Below are positions 37,678 through 46,140 of a stretch of 64,000 nt of DNA, piece after piece. The stretch's first letter is position 1. Every line of letters begins with the position of its first letter. The notes beneath the pieces were generated by a model, which worked only from the letters and a program-made list of their open reading frames with translations, made no database searches and had not been told where the DNA came from. The stretch spans positions 960,001 through 1,024,000 of the forward strand of contig CAXXYH010000004.1 in NCBI GenBank assembly GCA_963677925.2. The letters are read 5' to 3'. Origin of the DNA: Spirochaetia bacterium (lineage in GTDB: Bacteria; Spirochaetota; Spirochaetia; UBA9216). Both the position numbers and the translations under genes were made by a program.

Positions 37678-39108
37678 TCAATATTTCAGCGGAATCTTAA
37701 TCTCAATACAGGTTCCATCCGTATTTGTGATTTTAATTTCGCCGTTAAGCTGTCTGGTGATATTTCTGATCAGAATTATTCCGAGGCTTGATTCTTTTCC
37801 GTTTAGGTATTCCTCAGGAATACCGGAGCCGTTGTCGCATATCTTCAGTGTCAGTCCCGTTTCGGATTTTTTGACTACGATTTTTATCTCCGGATTATCC
37901 TGACTAACAGCGTATTTTATGCTGTTAGTCACGATCTCGGTAATTATCATTCCCAGATGAACCGTGTAGTCGATATCAAGCTCAATATTCTCAATATTTT
38001 CGCTGAGTTTAATATGAACTGTTTCGTCAAAGCTTTTGATTATCTGGACCGCCAGTTCGTGAATGTAGGTCTGAAGATTTACGGTTGAGAGCCTGTCGTT
38101 AAGGTATAGTTTTTTATGTATAAGATTCATGGACTCAATTCGATTCACACTGTCCAGGATTATCTTTTTAACGCTTTCATCTGAGGTTTTATTAATCTGA
38201 AGGCTCAGCAGTGAGATAATGGTTTGCAGGTTGTTTTTTACACGATGATGTATCTCTTTTATGAGGTAGTTTCTCTCCTCAATGGTTTTTTTCAGCTCCC
38301 TGTTGCTGGCGCTCAGTGCATCAGTCATTTCGGCAAAATGATATACCAGCTTTCCTGCATCTGAATTTTCCCGGTATCCGGATGTATCTATAAAAAAATC
38401 TTCATTAGCGGGATTAAGGCTCATGTACTGATATTTAGCTGTGATGTAGCGGACAGCTTCGAGGATGGGGATTAGTAAAAATCCGCCGATCAGTGATACG
38501 GCAAAGATGAGGCTTATGAGAATGACCGCAGATAATGATGTGAATCGTGAAACTATACTTTTAATGTCGCTGAGGTACATTCCGGTTCCGATGTAGCAGT
38601 TAAATTCCGGAAGACCGTAAACGTAGGAGAGTTTGTCCTGCATTGTTCCACCCTCAGGAGTATAGTATTTGTAGCCGAAAAAACCGGAGCCGCCCCGGGC
38701 TGTTTCTATCAGTTCCCTAATTATGAAAACACCATCCGGATCAATTAGATCAAGCTGGTTTGTGCCGACAAGTTCCGGTTGAAAGGGCTGAACCAGCATT
38801 GTGCCGTCATAAGCGCTCATGAAAATATAATTTTTACCCATAGCTTCATCGTAAGCAAGTCTGCTGACCCGTCTTTGTACTATGCTTAGAGCTTCATCAT
38901 ATTCAATTTTACCATTTGCGTAATCGATCCGGATGTCATTTATGCTGTTAAGAGCAAGAGATACAAGGGTTTTCAGTTCCTGCTTTCTGAATTCCATCAT
39001 CGATTTTTCAAAAAGCCTGCCTTGAAGTATTATAGTGCAGGTTATTGCTGCAAGAAGAAGGAAAATGAGTAAAAATATTTTCTGAATAATGCCTGTAAGC
39101 TTTTTCAT
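37678..39108 (-). CDS. Cache-domain sensor histidine kinase (HisKA_2 type), orphan
   Basis: TM - sCache_2 (YIF...DGTMLVQP..PELVG.N..D..DPDG) - TM; KEIHHRVKNNLQ H-box, EIVTNSIKYA, DNGSGI, SLG. Confidence 0.9.
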   Translation of the reverse strand: MKKLTGIIQKIFLLIFLLLAAITCTIILQGRLFEKSMMEFRKQELKTLVSLALNSINDIRIDYANGKIEYDEALSIVQRRVSRLAYDEAMGKNYIFMSAYDGTMLVQPFQPELVGTNQLDLIDPDGVFIIRELIETARGGSGFFGYKYYTPEGGTMQDKLSYVYGLPEFNCYIGTGMYLSDIKSIVSRFTSLSAVILISLIFAVSLIGGFLLIPILEAVRYITAKYQYMSLNPANEDFFIDTSGYRENSDAGKLVYHFAEMTDALSASNRELKKTIEERNYLIKEIHHRVKNNLQTIISLLSLQINKTSDESVKKIILDSVNRIESMNLIHKKLYLNDRLSTVNLQTYIHELAVQIIKSFDETVHIKLSENIENIELDIDYTVHLGMIITEIVTNSIKYAVSQDNPEIKIVVKKSETGLTLKICDNGSGIPEEYLNGKESSLGIILIRNITRQLNGEIKITNTDGTCIEIKIPLKY

Positions 39109-39206
39109 CTTCCCGGGATCCTTTGCATAAGCTGATTTTTCTCTGTTTTTTTTGAAGTATCGGTTAATATAACATGATTTCAGCTAAATTTATATAAAAA
39201 CTTTGT

Positions 39207-39235
39207 TCGACATTTGCAGCCTGATTTATTAGAAT
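39207..39235 (+). promoter_or_regulatory. sigma70 promoter TCGACA-N17-TAGAAT
   Basis: Near-consensus boxes with ideal spacing, upstream of RBS AAGGAG and ATG 39258. Confidence 0.65.
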
Positions 39236-39257
39236 AAGGTATATCAAGGAGAGTATT

Positions 39258-39419
39258 ATGCAAAAAGAGATTACCATCAAAGAATTTTCCGATGAGCTTG
39301 TTCAGAGGATAGACGGCTCAAAGGGCATTGACTGCTGCAAGGAAGAGATTAAAAAACTTGCCGAGATGGCTGCAAAATCCATGCCCGGCGAAAAGATTCT
39401 TGTAACCTGGAAAGACTGA
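39258..39419 (+). CDS. Unannotated 53-aa small protein MQKEITIKEFSDELVQRIDGSKGIDCCKEEIKKLAEMAAKSMPGEKILVTWKD
   Basis: Translated by hand; strong RBS and its own promoter; fills an intergenic gap; below the ORF-track cutoff. Confidence 0.8.
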   Translation: MQKEITIKEFSDELVQRIDGSKGIDCCKEEIKKLAEMAAKSMPGEKILVTWKD

Positions 39420-39450
39420 CGGTATTCAGTCTGAATATCTAAAGAGTTTA

Positions 39451-41010
39451 TTAATCTGTTCGGTTAGAGTTGCCGCTGCTGCCTCTAACCGCTTTTTTTA
39501 TCCTGTCATTCACAGCGTGTCCTGCGCCGGTCTCCGGCACGAGGTAGGCTATTATTCTTTTCAAATTTCTGCTATCCAGCCGGCGCATAGCTGCGTAAAG
39601 GTTAATTGCCGCTTCTTCGGTGTCTGCCGATGTGCTCAGTATTTCTACCGGTCCTGTGCTTCTGATGTCCTCCGGTTTGAACAGCAGGAGGCCGGTCTCC
39701 GGATCTTCATTATCTGATGGCTGTGCGGCTGAGAGGAACATCGGGGTCACAGGTGAATAGTGGCTTTCAAGCATTCCCGGAGCCTCGGGATGGTCTATTA
39801 CAGTCTTTTCCGGAATGGAAACCGGTCCTATAACCGCTTCTATCTGATCTTTTGATATTCCGCCGGGTCTTAAAAGAAGCGGTCTTTCATGTGCAAGCGA
39901 GATCACTGTTGACTCAACGCCGACTCTCGACGCGCCCCCGTCTATTATTCCGTAACCCTCAGTTCCAAGCTGTTCTATTACATGGAAAGCTGTTGTAGGG
40001 CTTGTTCTTCCAAAGGCGTTGGCGCTTGGTGCGGCAACGGGGGTATCAGCCAGTCTTATCAGTTCCAGCGCCAGAGGGTGTGACGGCATACGGACTGCGA
40101 CAGTGCTGTTGCCGCCGGTAACAATATCAGGAACCCCTGCTTTCTTGTTGAAGACTATTGTAAGTGGACCCGGCCAGAATGCATCCATCAGCTTTCCGGC
40201 AGATTCCGGAATATCATCTGTAAGCCTCTCAATCATCTTTCTGTCCGGAATATGTGCTATCAGGGGATTGAACAGAGGTCTTCCTTTAAGTCTGAATATA
40301 TTTTCTACGGCGGCAGGGTTGAAAACGTCAGCTCCCAGACCGTATACAGTTTCTGTTGGAAAGGCTACAAGCCCGCCCTGCCGGATTATTTCTGCCCCGT
40401 CGGAGATGCTGCAGAAGTTTGCTTTTCCCGGCAGGCTTTCCTGCATAATAAAACGTGCGGCATCGGTCAGAGTGTGAAAGACGCTGATTTCACTTCCCAG
40501 TTCATCAAGATGTTTTGCACCGTGTCCGGTGAGCAGGTAGATACCCTTTGCTCCGCAGGCAAAGGCGGTCTCTACATCGGATGGGTGGTCGCCAAGCATC
40601 CAGGAGTGTTTCAGATTGATGCCGAAATCTTCTGATGCTTTCAGTAAAAAGTACGGCTTTGGTTTACGGCATTCACAGTCGTCTTCTTTGTTATGAATGC
40701 ATACATACCATTCGCGTATGTATATTCCGGCTTCTCTCAGAATGAGATCAAGCCGGCTGTTAACGGCTCTTACTTCAGCTTCGGTTGTAAGTCCTTTTGC
40801 AACTCCGCTCTGGTTTGTTACGACAAAGAGTTCGTGATCTTTCTGCAGCTTCCTAAGCGAGTCGATACAGTCATCAAACAGGCGTATTTTTTCTGGATCC
40901 TTCAGGTATCCTACATCGTGGATGATTGTTCCGTCCCGGTCCAGAAAAACGGCCTGTGATTTTATCGTCTCGTGCAATTTCAAATTCCTGTTACTAAGTA
41001 TCTTAAGCAT
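39451..41010 (-). CDS. Fusion: GmhB/HisB-type HAD phosphatase + Sua5 threonylcarbamoyl-AMP synthase
   Basis: FLDRDGTI, VTNQSG, C.H....C.CRKP, MLGD..SD, then VAFPTETVYGLGA, KGRP..NPLI.H, FWPGPLT, AVRMP, AAPSAN, APGM..SHYSP and the Sua5 C-terminal domain. Confidence 0.9.
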   Translation of the reverse strand: MLKILSNRNLKLHETIKSQAVFLDRDGTIIHDVGYLKDPEKIRLFDDCIDSLRKLQKDHELFVVTNQSGVAKGLTTEAEVRAVNSRLDLILREAGIYIREWYVCIHNKEDDCECRKPKPYFLLKASEDFGINLKHSWMLGDHPSDVETAFACGAKGIYLLTGHGAKHLDELGSEISVFHTLTDAARFIMQESLPGKANFCSISDGAEIIRQGGLVAFPTETVYGLGADVFNPAAVENIFRLKGRPLFNPLIAHIPDRKMIERLTDDIPESAGKLMDAFWPGPLTIVFNKKAGVPDIVTGGNSTVAVRMPSHPLALELIRLADTPVAAPSANAFGRTSPTTAFHVIEQLGTEGYGIIDGGASRVGVESTVISLAHERPLLLRPGGISKDQIEAVIGPVSIPEKTVIDHPEAPGMLESHYSPVTPMFLSAAQPSDNEDPETGLLLFKPEDIRSTGPVEILSTSADTEEAAINLYAAMRRLDSRNLKRIIAYLVPETGAGHAVNDRIKKAVRGSSGNSNRTD

Positions 41011-41111
41011 TATAATATATATTTGCTGGCTATGATCAATACCGGGCCGGTCTGATATAATCCCTTATTACGGCTATTCACTCATAATCCATACTCTGAT
41101 ATTATAGAGCG

Positions 41112-42152
41112 ATGATGGATATTAATACAAACCTCAGGGTCTGCCTCGCTGGATGCGGAATCAATGCCGGTCTGCTGGCCTCTCAGTTTAATTATAATGA
41201 TGATGCGGAACTCACTGCATGTTATGATTCCGATTATGATCGGGCGGCCGGTCTGGCTGAAAGAAATGGAATACATAAAATTTATGATAATTTTAACAGT
41301 ATGCTGGAGGAAGAAACTCCTGATGCGGTTATCATGAATGTCCCTGTAAATGAAAGGACTGAAATCCTTCTTGATGTAATAGGACGGGGTATCAGCTTTA
41401 TCAGTACCGCACCTCTTGCCGCAAGTTATCCGGAGGCGGTTGAGATTGCGAAGGCAGCATCTGAACAGGGTGTCACTGCGATGGTTTATTTCGGAAGATC
41501 GGATATTCCTGCAGTTGCTTCAGCTATCGATTATGTTGCTTCGGGCAAGATTGGGAAGGTGCGGCATTTTGAAGCATCTAACCTTGAAAGCTGGATGGTT
41601 TCCGGAAGTGCCGATCAGTGGGATGAGGATAACCCGCTTATACAGCGGCTTGCGGCCGGAGGAGTTTTAGAGGAATCGGGATCGCAGCTTTACTACCTTG
41701 CCGACCGGTTCTGCGGGGATTTTGCAGATGTTTCTACTATTATAGGGAGTTTTATCAACTTTGAAGAAGGCGGATTCGATCCTAATTCCGGAGATTCATT
41801 CGCAAGCAATATAACCTTTAAAAACGGCGGTATAGGCATTGTTCATGCCAGCCGTGCTGCAGGCGGGACTGATGAGCTGTTTCGTATTTCTGTATACGGA
41901 GATAACGGGATGGTGTCGGTAGTACCGGATTCAGATGAAACCGGATTTCTTTATACGACAGCGGACGGTTCCAGTACCAGTGAGATAAATAATCCGCCGG
42001 CAGAGAGGGTTATCGACCGTTTTATATCTGCATGCCGTGGTGAAGCGCTTCCGTTCCCGGACCTCGAATATGCTCTTAAGATTCAGTATTATCTGGAGCA
42101 GAGCAGATTTTCTGATGAAGGCGGAATCAGGATGCCATTGGATCAGGCTTAA
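41112..42152 (+). CDS. Gfo/Idh/MocA family oxidoreductase-like protein with degenerate active site
   Basis: RVCLAGCG Rossmann start, YDNFNSMLE...DAV, G.IGKV, GGVL; EKP replaced by TAP. Confidence 0.75.
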   Translation: MMDINTNLRVCLAGCGINAGLLASQFNYNDDAELTACYDSDYDRAAGLAERNGIHKIYDNFNSMLEEETPDAVIMNVPVNERTEILLDVIGRGISFISTAPLAASYPEAVEIAKAASEQGVTAMVYFGRSDIPAVASAIDYVASGKIGKVRHFEASNLESWMVSGSADQWDEDNPLIQRLAAGGVLEESGSQLYYLADRFCGDFADVSTIIGSFINFEEGGFDPNSGDSFASNITFKNGGIGIVHASRAAGGTDELFRISVYGDNGMVSVVPDSDETGFLYTTADGSSTSEINNPPAERVIDRFISACRGEALPFPDLEYALKIQYYLEQSRFSDEGGIRMPLDQA

Positions 42153-42212
42153 AACTATCAGTAATACACACGGCCGCCCCGGCGGAGCTCCCGGGACTCA
42201 AACTCAGAGTTT

Positions 42213-42947
42213 TCAGGGACTCTGATCTCCTGTGTAGTCTGAGAAGGTTGACGTTGTGTCAAACCTTTTCTTCATTACTATCAGATTCATGGTTCCTCTG
42301 AATATAAACTTGTCTGCATACCATTTCCCGGATTCTTCCAGCGTGTAGTCAATCCGGATTATTACATTTTCTGTAAACGGGTATTCCGGTGTCAGTGTGT
42401 ATTCCAGGCTGACCGCCGCTCCGTTTGCGGGATTAAGCCAGGCCTTCCCTACAGCTGTATATTTATCATTCAGCAGAAATTCAAACGCCCACACAGAGCA
42501 AAGCTGTCCATTCCTGTATTCTTTATTTCCCGAATCGATTGCTGTTATGCTGTTCTGGAAATCCGGATCGAGGGGGCTTTTGTTGAATTCCTCACCGTCA
42601 CCGCCGCTCCGGCGGTTTCTGCTGGCTCCGGATACCTCTATTTCCTCTTTTTTCTTTTCAGTGATATCAACTCCGTTTTCGATAGCTTTTATCAGCTCTG
42701 TCTCGGGCTGACCTTCAAGGTCATAGCTGAGCATGTAATATTGCGTTTCATCCTTTTCCAGCTTGTCTTTTCTATCGAAGGTTTTCGACTGAACGTGCAT
42801 TGTGCCGGGTCTGAGCCCTTCGTTGGCGGCAAAGTATTCTACGGCTCTTGTCCATAGCGAGTTGCCGGTATTCTCTTGAGCGGAGATGGGAAGTGAAATA
42901 ATAGAAAATAGCAGAATAAGTAATGCCGGTGATATTTTAATTCTCAT
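42213..42947 (-). CDS. Hypothetical secreted protein
   Basis: Sec signal (…LPISA/QE); beta-rich mature part. Confidence 0.7.
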   Translation of the reverse strand: MRIKISPALLILLFSIISLPISAQENTGNSLWTRAVEYFAANEGLRPGTMHVQSKTFDRKDKLEKDETQYYMLSYDLEGQPETELIKAIENGVDITEKKKEEIEVSGASRNRRSGGDGEEFNKSPLDPDFQNSITAIDSGNKEYRNGQLCSVWAFEFLLNDKYTAVGKAWLNPANGAAVSLEYTLTPEYPFTENVIIRIDYTLEESGKWYADKFIFRGTMNLIVMKKRFDTTSTFSDYTGDQSP

Positions 42948-43110
42948 ATTATGTCAGTATACTACTAATACTGCAGGTTTTCCCTTTTGTATTTGTTAAA
43001 AAATGTAACATGCTGCAATGAACTTTATTTTTTTTAAATATACTCCTAAAGAGGTATTCTACACTAAAATGATAGGCAATATAGTTAGATCCATGTTTAG
43101 AGTTTGTCTG

Positions 43111-44124
43111 ATGAGGAAAGCCATTCTGCTTACTGCGTTTTTGTTTATATCCTCTATATACCTGCTCTCTGCTGATGGATTGTCTGCTGAAGAATCCGGT
43201 GTAAATGACGAACTGACCTATGCTGATCTTCTTGTAAACAGTCTGCTGCCGGGTTACTGGCAGCTGAAAACCGGTGATGCTGCTGAAGGCGTGCTGTATA
43301 TGACGTCTCTTCCGCTGACCGGCCTGGGTTTTTACTTTCTGATTGATTACTTTTTTGATGCTGGAGATTTTCAGCAGAATTATACGGATGGTGAGCGGAC
43401 CTATCTTCTGTACTCTGAAAACTGGCAGAACGGAGATAATAGATGGAAGCTGTATGCGGGAGTTCTTTTTTCGGCTGCTGGATCTTTTCTTTCTGCTTAC
43501 AGTAATTATACAGCTGAGGAAGATTTTTACATTCAGCACAACGATGGATATGCAGACATGTATGGTGAAACTCTGACGGCTTTGGAGCTTCTTGCGGCTC
43601 CCTGGCGGCCTGAAAATATTTTAAATTTTGATTTTTTTCCTGCTTACCCGATGTTTGCCCTGTCTGGAGTTGCTGTTGATGAATGGTCTTCGGCAGGAAG
43701 TTTCTTTAGAAGGGATACGGTGCCATTTATGGGTGCTGATATGCATCCTGCGGCCGCAGCATCGCTGGCTCTTCTTTCTTCGGTTCTGCTTGCCAATTTT
43801 TCAACTGTTACCGAAGAAGTCGTTTTTCGCGGACATCTTCTCAGACAGAGCGGTGTACATTTCAGTTCTCTTTATTTCGGTGCTGCACACCTGCCCAATA
43901 TGCTTATGCCCGATACATCGGTTGAGGATACGCTTGTTCAGACTGCCTTTGCCGCCCTGTTCGGTTATTACGCGTCAGTTAAAACTGCTGAAAACGGTTA
44001 TGATTTCAGAAGGATGATTGCTCTTCACTTCTGGCATAATGTTACAGCAATGACACTTGGATATATAGTTGATCCCGAAAGTCCCTTTCTTTTTACAATT
44101 GGGGGCAATTTATCATTAAATTAA
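43111..44124 (+). CDS. CPBP (CAAX/Abi) family intramembrane metalloprotease
   Basis: EEVVFRG, FGAAH, ALHFWHN motifs; start chosen at the MRKAILL signal. Confidence 0.8.
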   Translation: MRKAILLTAFLFISSIYLLSADGLSAEESGVNDELTYADLLVNSLLPGYWQLKTGDAAEGVLYMTSLPLTGLGFYFLIDYFFDAGDFQQNYTDGERTYLLYSENWQNGDNRWKLYAGVLFSAAGSFLSAYSNYTAEEDFYIQHNDGYADMYGETLTALELLAAPWRPENILNFDFFPAYPMFALSGVAVDEWSSAGSFFRRDTVPFMGADMHPAAAASLALLSSVLLANFSTVTEEVVFRGHLLRQSGVHFSSLYFGAAHLPNMLMPDTSVEDTLVQTAFAALFGYYASVKTAENGYDFRRMIALHFWHNVTAMTLGYIVDPESPFLFTIGGNLSLN

Positions 44125-44136
44125 AGGAGTATGCGT

Positions 44137-44559
44137 ATGCCTCTGTGTGAAGTAGTTGTGCCGAAGGAATTTCTTGATGAAGTCTCAAAGCAGAGAATTG
44201 CTGAAAGGATGACGGTAATTCAGCTCAAAGCAGAGAATTTTCCTGATAATGAGGCATCTAGAAATCTCTGCTATCTGAGTTTTTATGAGCCGATTGGGGG
44301 GATTTATACCGGCGGGAAGCCTGCTGATATCGGAAAAATTGTGGTTAAGATATATATACTCAATGAATCACTATCAAAGGAAGATAAATCGGAAATTTAT
44401 CATGAGGTAATGCAGGTTATGACTCAGGAGCTTGGGGCGGCTGCAACAATGGGAGGCCAGAATGTCTGGTGTATGATTATCCCGGTCGGGGATGATTATA
44501 TCTCGTTTGCGGGTAAACCGGTAAATATTCAGCTTGTAAGAGAATTGATAGGAAAATAA
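44137..44559 (+). CDS. Tautomerase superfamily protein (double beta-alpha-beta, Pro-1)
   Basis: RBS AAAGGAG spacing favours ATG 44137, giving M-P-L; two 4-OT-like units (K..IAE.MT; LSKEDK.EI..EV; VWC.I..V......FAG). Confidence 0.7.
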   Translation: MPLCEVVVPKEFLDEVSKQRIAERMTVIQLKAENFPDNEASRNLCYLSFYEPIGGIYTGGKPADIGKIVVKIYILNESLSKEDKSEIYHEVMQVMTQELGAAATMGGQNVWCMIIPVGDDYISFAGKPVNIQLVRELIGK

Positions 44560-44619
44560 TTTTTCTAATTCCTGTTTTGCTGAGATGGTTCTTTTTCCTT
44601 CCGGCGCATTTAAATAAGA

Positions 44620-44655
44620 AGCCCTGCTTCAGGTAATCACTCCAAAAGCAGGGCT
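44620..44655. terminator. Hairpin between convergent tautomerase and gltD genes
   Basis: AGCCCTGCTT-N16-AAGCAGGGCT. Confidence 0.65.
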
Positions 44656-44715
44656 AAAATAGGGTAAAGCAATTTATAGAAACCGGCTGCTGGCGGTAAC
44701 CTGTTCCGGGTTTCT

Positions 44716-46140
44716 TTAATTCAAATAGTCATTCATTGAATCCGCTGCTTCCATTCCTGCGTTAAGCGCTCTTACAACAAGAGATGCTCCTGATGCTGCA
44801 TCTCCTGCGGCAAATACACCTGGAACTGATGTTGAATAAGATGAGTCAATTTTGATGTTTCCTCTTGCATCAAGTTCCGGATCAAGCGATTTAAGAAGCT
44901 CTCCGCCATCAGCGTGAACAAAGCCTGCTGCAATAAGTACCAGCTCGATATCAAGTTCAGTTTCAGAGCCGGGAACCTCTTTCATTACGGTTTTTCCGGT
45001 GTGCGGATTTGTCTTCCATTCAACCTGTGAAAGGTAGGCCTTTTCTACCTTGACACCTCTTCCTGAGAAGTAGGATGTCATGACACTCCATTCTCTTTCG
45101 CATCCTTCAAGGTGTGAACTTGAGGTTCGGAGTATATTGGGCCAGTCAGGCCACTGCGGATTTCTCTTTTCCTTCCAGTCGAGTGGTTTCGGCATTATCT
45201 CAATCTGTCTTACAGACTTTGCACCCTGCCGGATTGCGGTTCCGACACAGTCTGAGCCGGTGTCGCCTCCGCCTACTACCAGTACATTCTTGTCTTTTGC
45301 TGAAATAAGCTTCTCGAATGGGATATCTCCGTGGCAGTATTTGTTGGAAAGGGTCAGATATTCCATGGCAAAGTGAATACCCTCGAGGCCGCGACCTCCG
45401 GCAGGTATGTCCCTGGGTTTTCCGGCGCCTATGGCAATAAGTACTGCATCGAATGAGCGTCTAAGATAGTCAGCTGAAATGTCTTCGCCTATTGATACGT
45501 TTGTCTCAAACCGAATCCCTTCAGCTTCCATTATCTGAAGCCTCCGGTCGATTATTCTTTTTTCAAGTTTGAACTCCGGTATGCCGTAGCGCATCAGGCC
45601 TCCGATTCTGTCGGATTTTTCAAATACGGTAACGGAATGTCCGTATTTTCTGAGTCTTGACGCGGCAGCAAGTCCTGCAGGGCCGGAGCCGATTACTGCG
45701 ACCCGTTTTCCTGTTTCTACTTCCGGCGGATTCGGTTTTACCCATCCTTCCTCGAAAGCCCGCTCGATTATTGCAAGTTCAAGTTCCTGGATCGCTACAG
45801 GCGCATCGTTAATTGCTACTGTGCATGATTTTTCACAGGGCGCGGGGCATATTCTTCCGGTAATCTCTGAAAAGGGTGACGTAAGGGCCAGTCTGTTGTA
45901 TGCTTCTTTCCAGTGACCCTTGAAAACCAGATCATTCCATTCGGGAATCAGGTTTGAAATCGGGCATCCAAGTGCGTGGCAGAAAGGGATTCCGCAGTCC
46001 ATACATCTGGCGCCCTGACCTTCAAGCTCTGAATAGGAGGGTCGTATGGTAAACTCCCGGTAGTGTTTGATTCTGTCTTCTACCGGCTGATATTTCTTTT
46101 CGATTCTGTTTATTTCGATAAATCCTCGTTCGCTTCCCAT
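44716..46140 (-). CDS. gltD: Glutamate synthase small subunit
   Basis: RCMDCGIPFCH..GCP, GRICPAPCE..C, GSGPAGL, GGGDTGSDC. Confidence 0.97.
   Translation of the reverse strand: MGSERGFIEINRIEKKYQPVEDRIKHYREFTIRPSYSELEGQGARCMDCGIPFCHALGCPISNLIPEWNDLVFKGHWKEAYNRLALTSPFSEITGRICPAPCEKSCTVAINDAPVAIQELELAIIERAFEEGWVKPNPPEVETGKRVAVIGSGPAGLAAASRLRKYGHSVTVFEKSDRIGGLMRYGIPEFKLEKRIIDRRLQIMEAEGIRFETNVSIGEDISADYLRRSFDAVLIAIGAGKPRDIPAGGRGLEGIHFAMEYLTLSNKYCHGDIPFEKLISAKDKNVLVVGGGDTGSDCVGTAIRQGAKSVRQIEIMPKPLDWKEKRNPQWPDWPNILRTSSSHLEGCEREWSVMTSYFSGRGVKVEKAYLSQVEWKTNPHTGKTVMKEVPGSETELDIELVLIAAGFVHADGGELLKSLDPELDARGNIKIDSSYSTSVPGVFAAGDAASGASLVVRALNAGMEAADSMNDYLN

Noticed and set aside
42170-42212. Short GC-rich inverted repeats between convergent genes as an ncRNA or MITE
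   Set aside because: Stems are short and imperfect and not repeated elsewhere in the window; at most a weak terminator
42949-43539. 196-aa minus-strand ORF
   Set aside because: Antisense to the CPBP gene, with no recognisable motif
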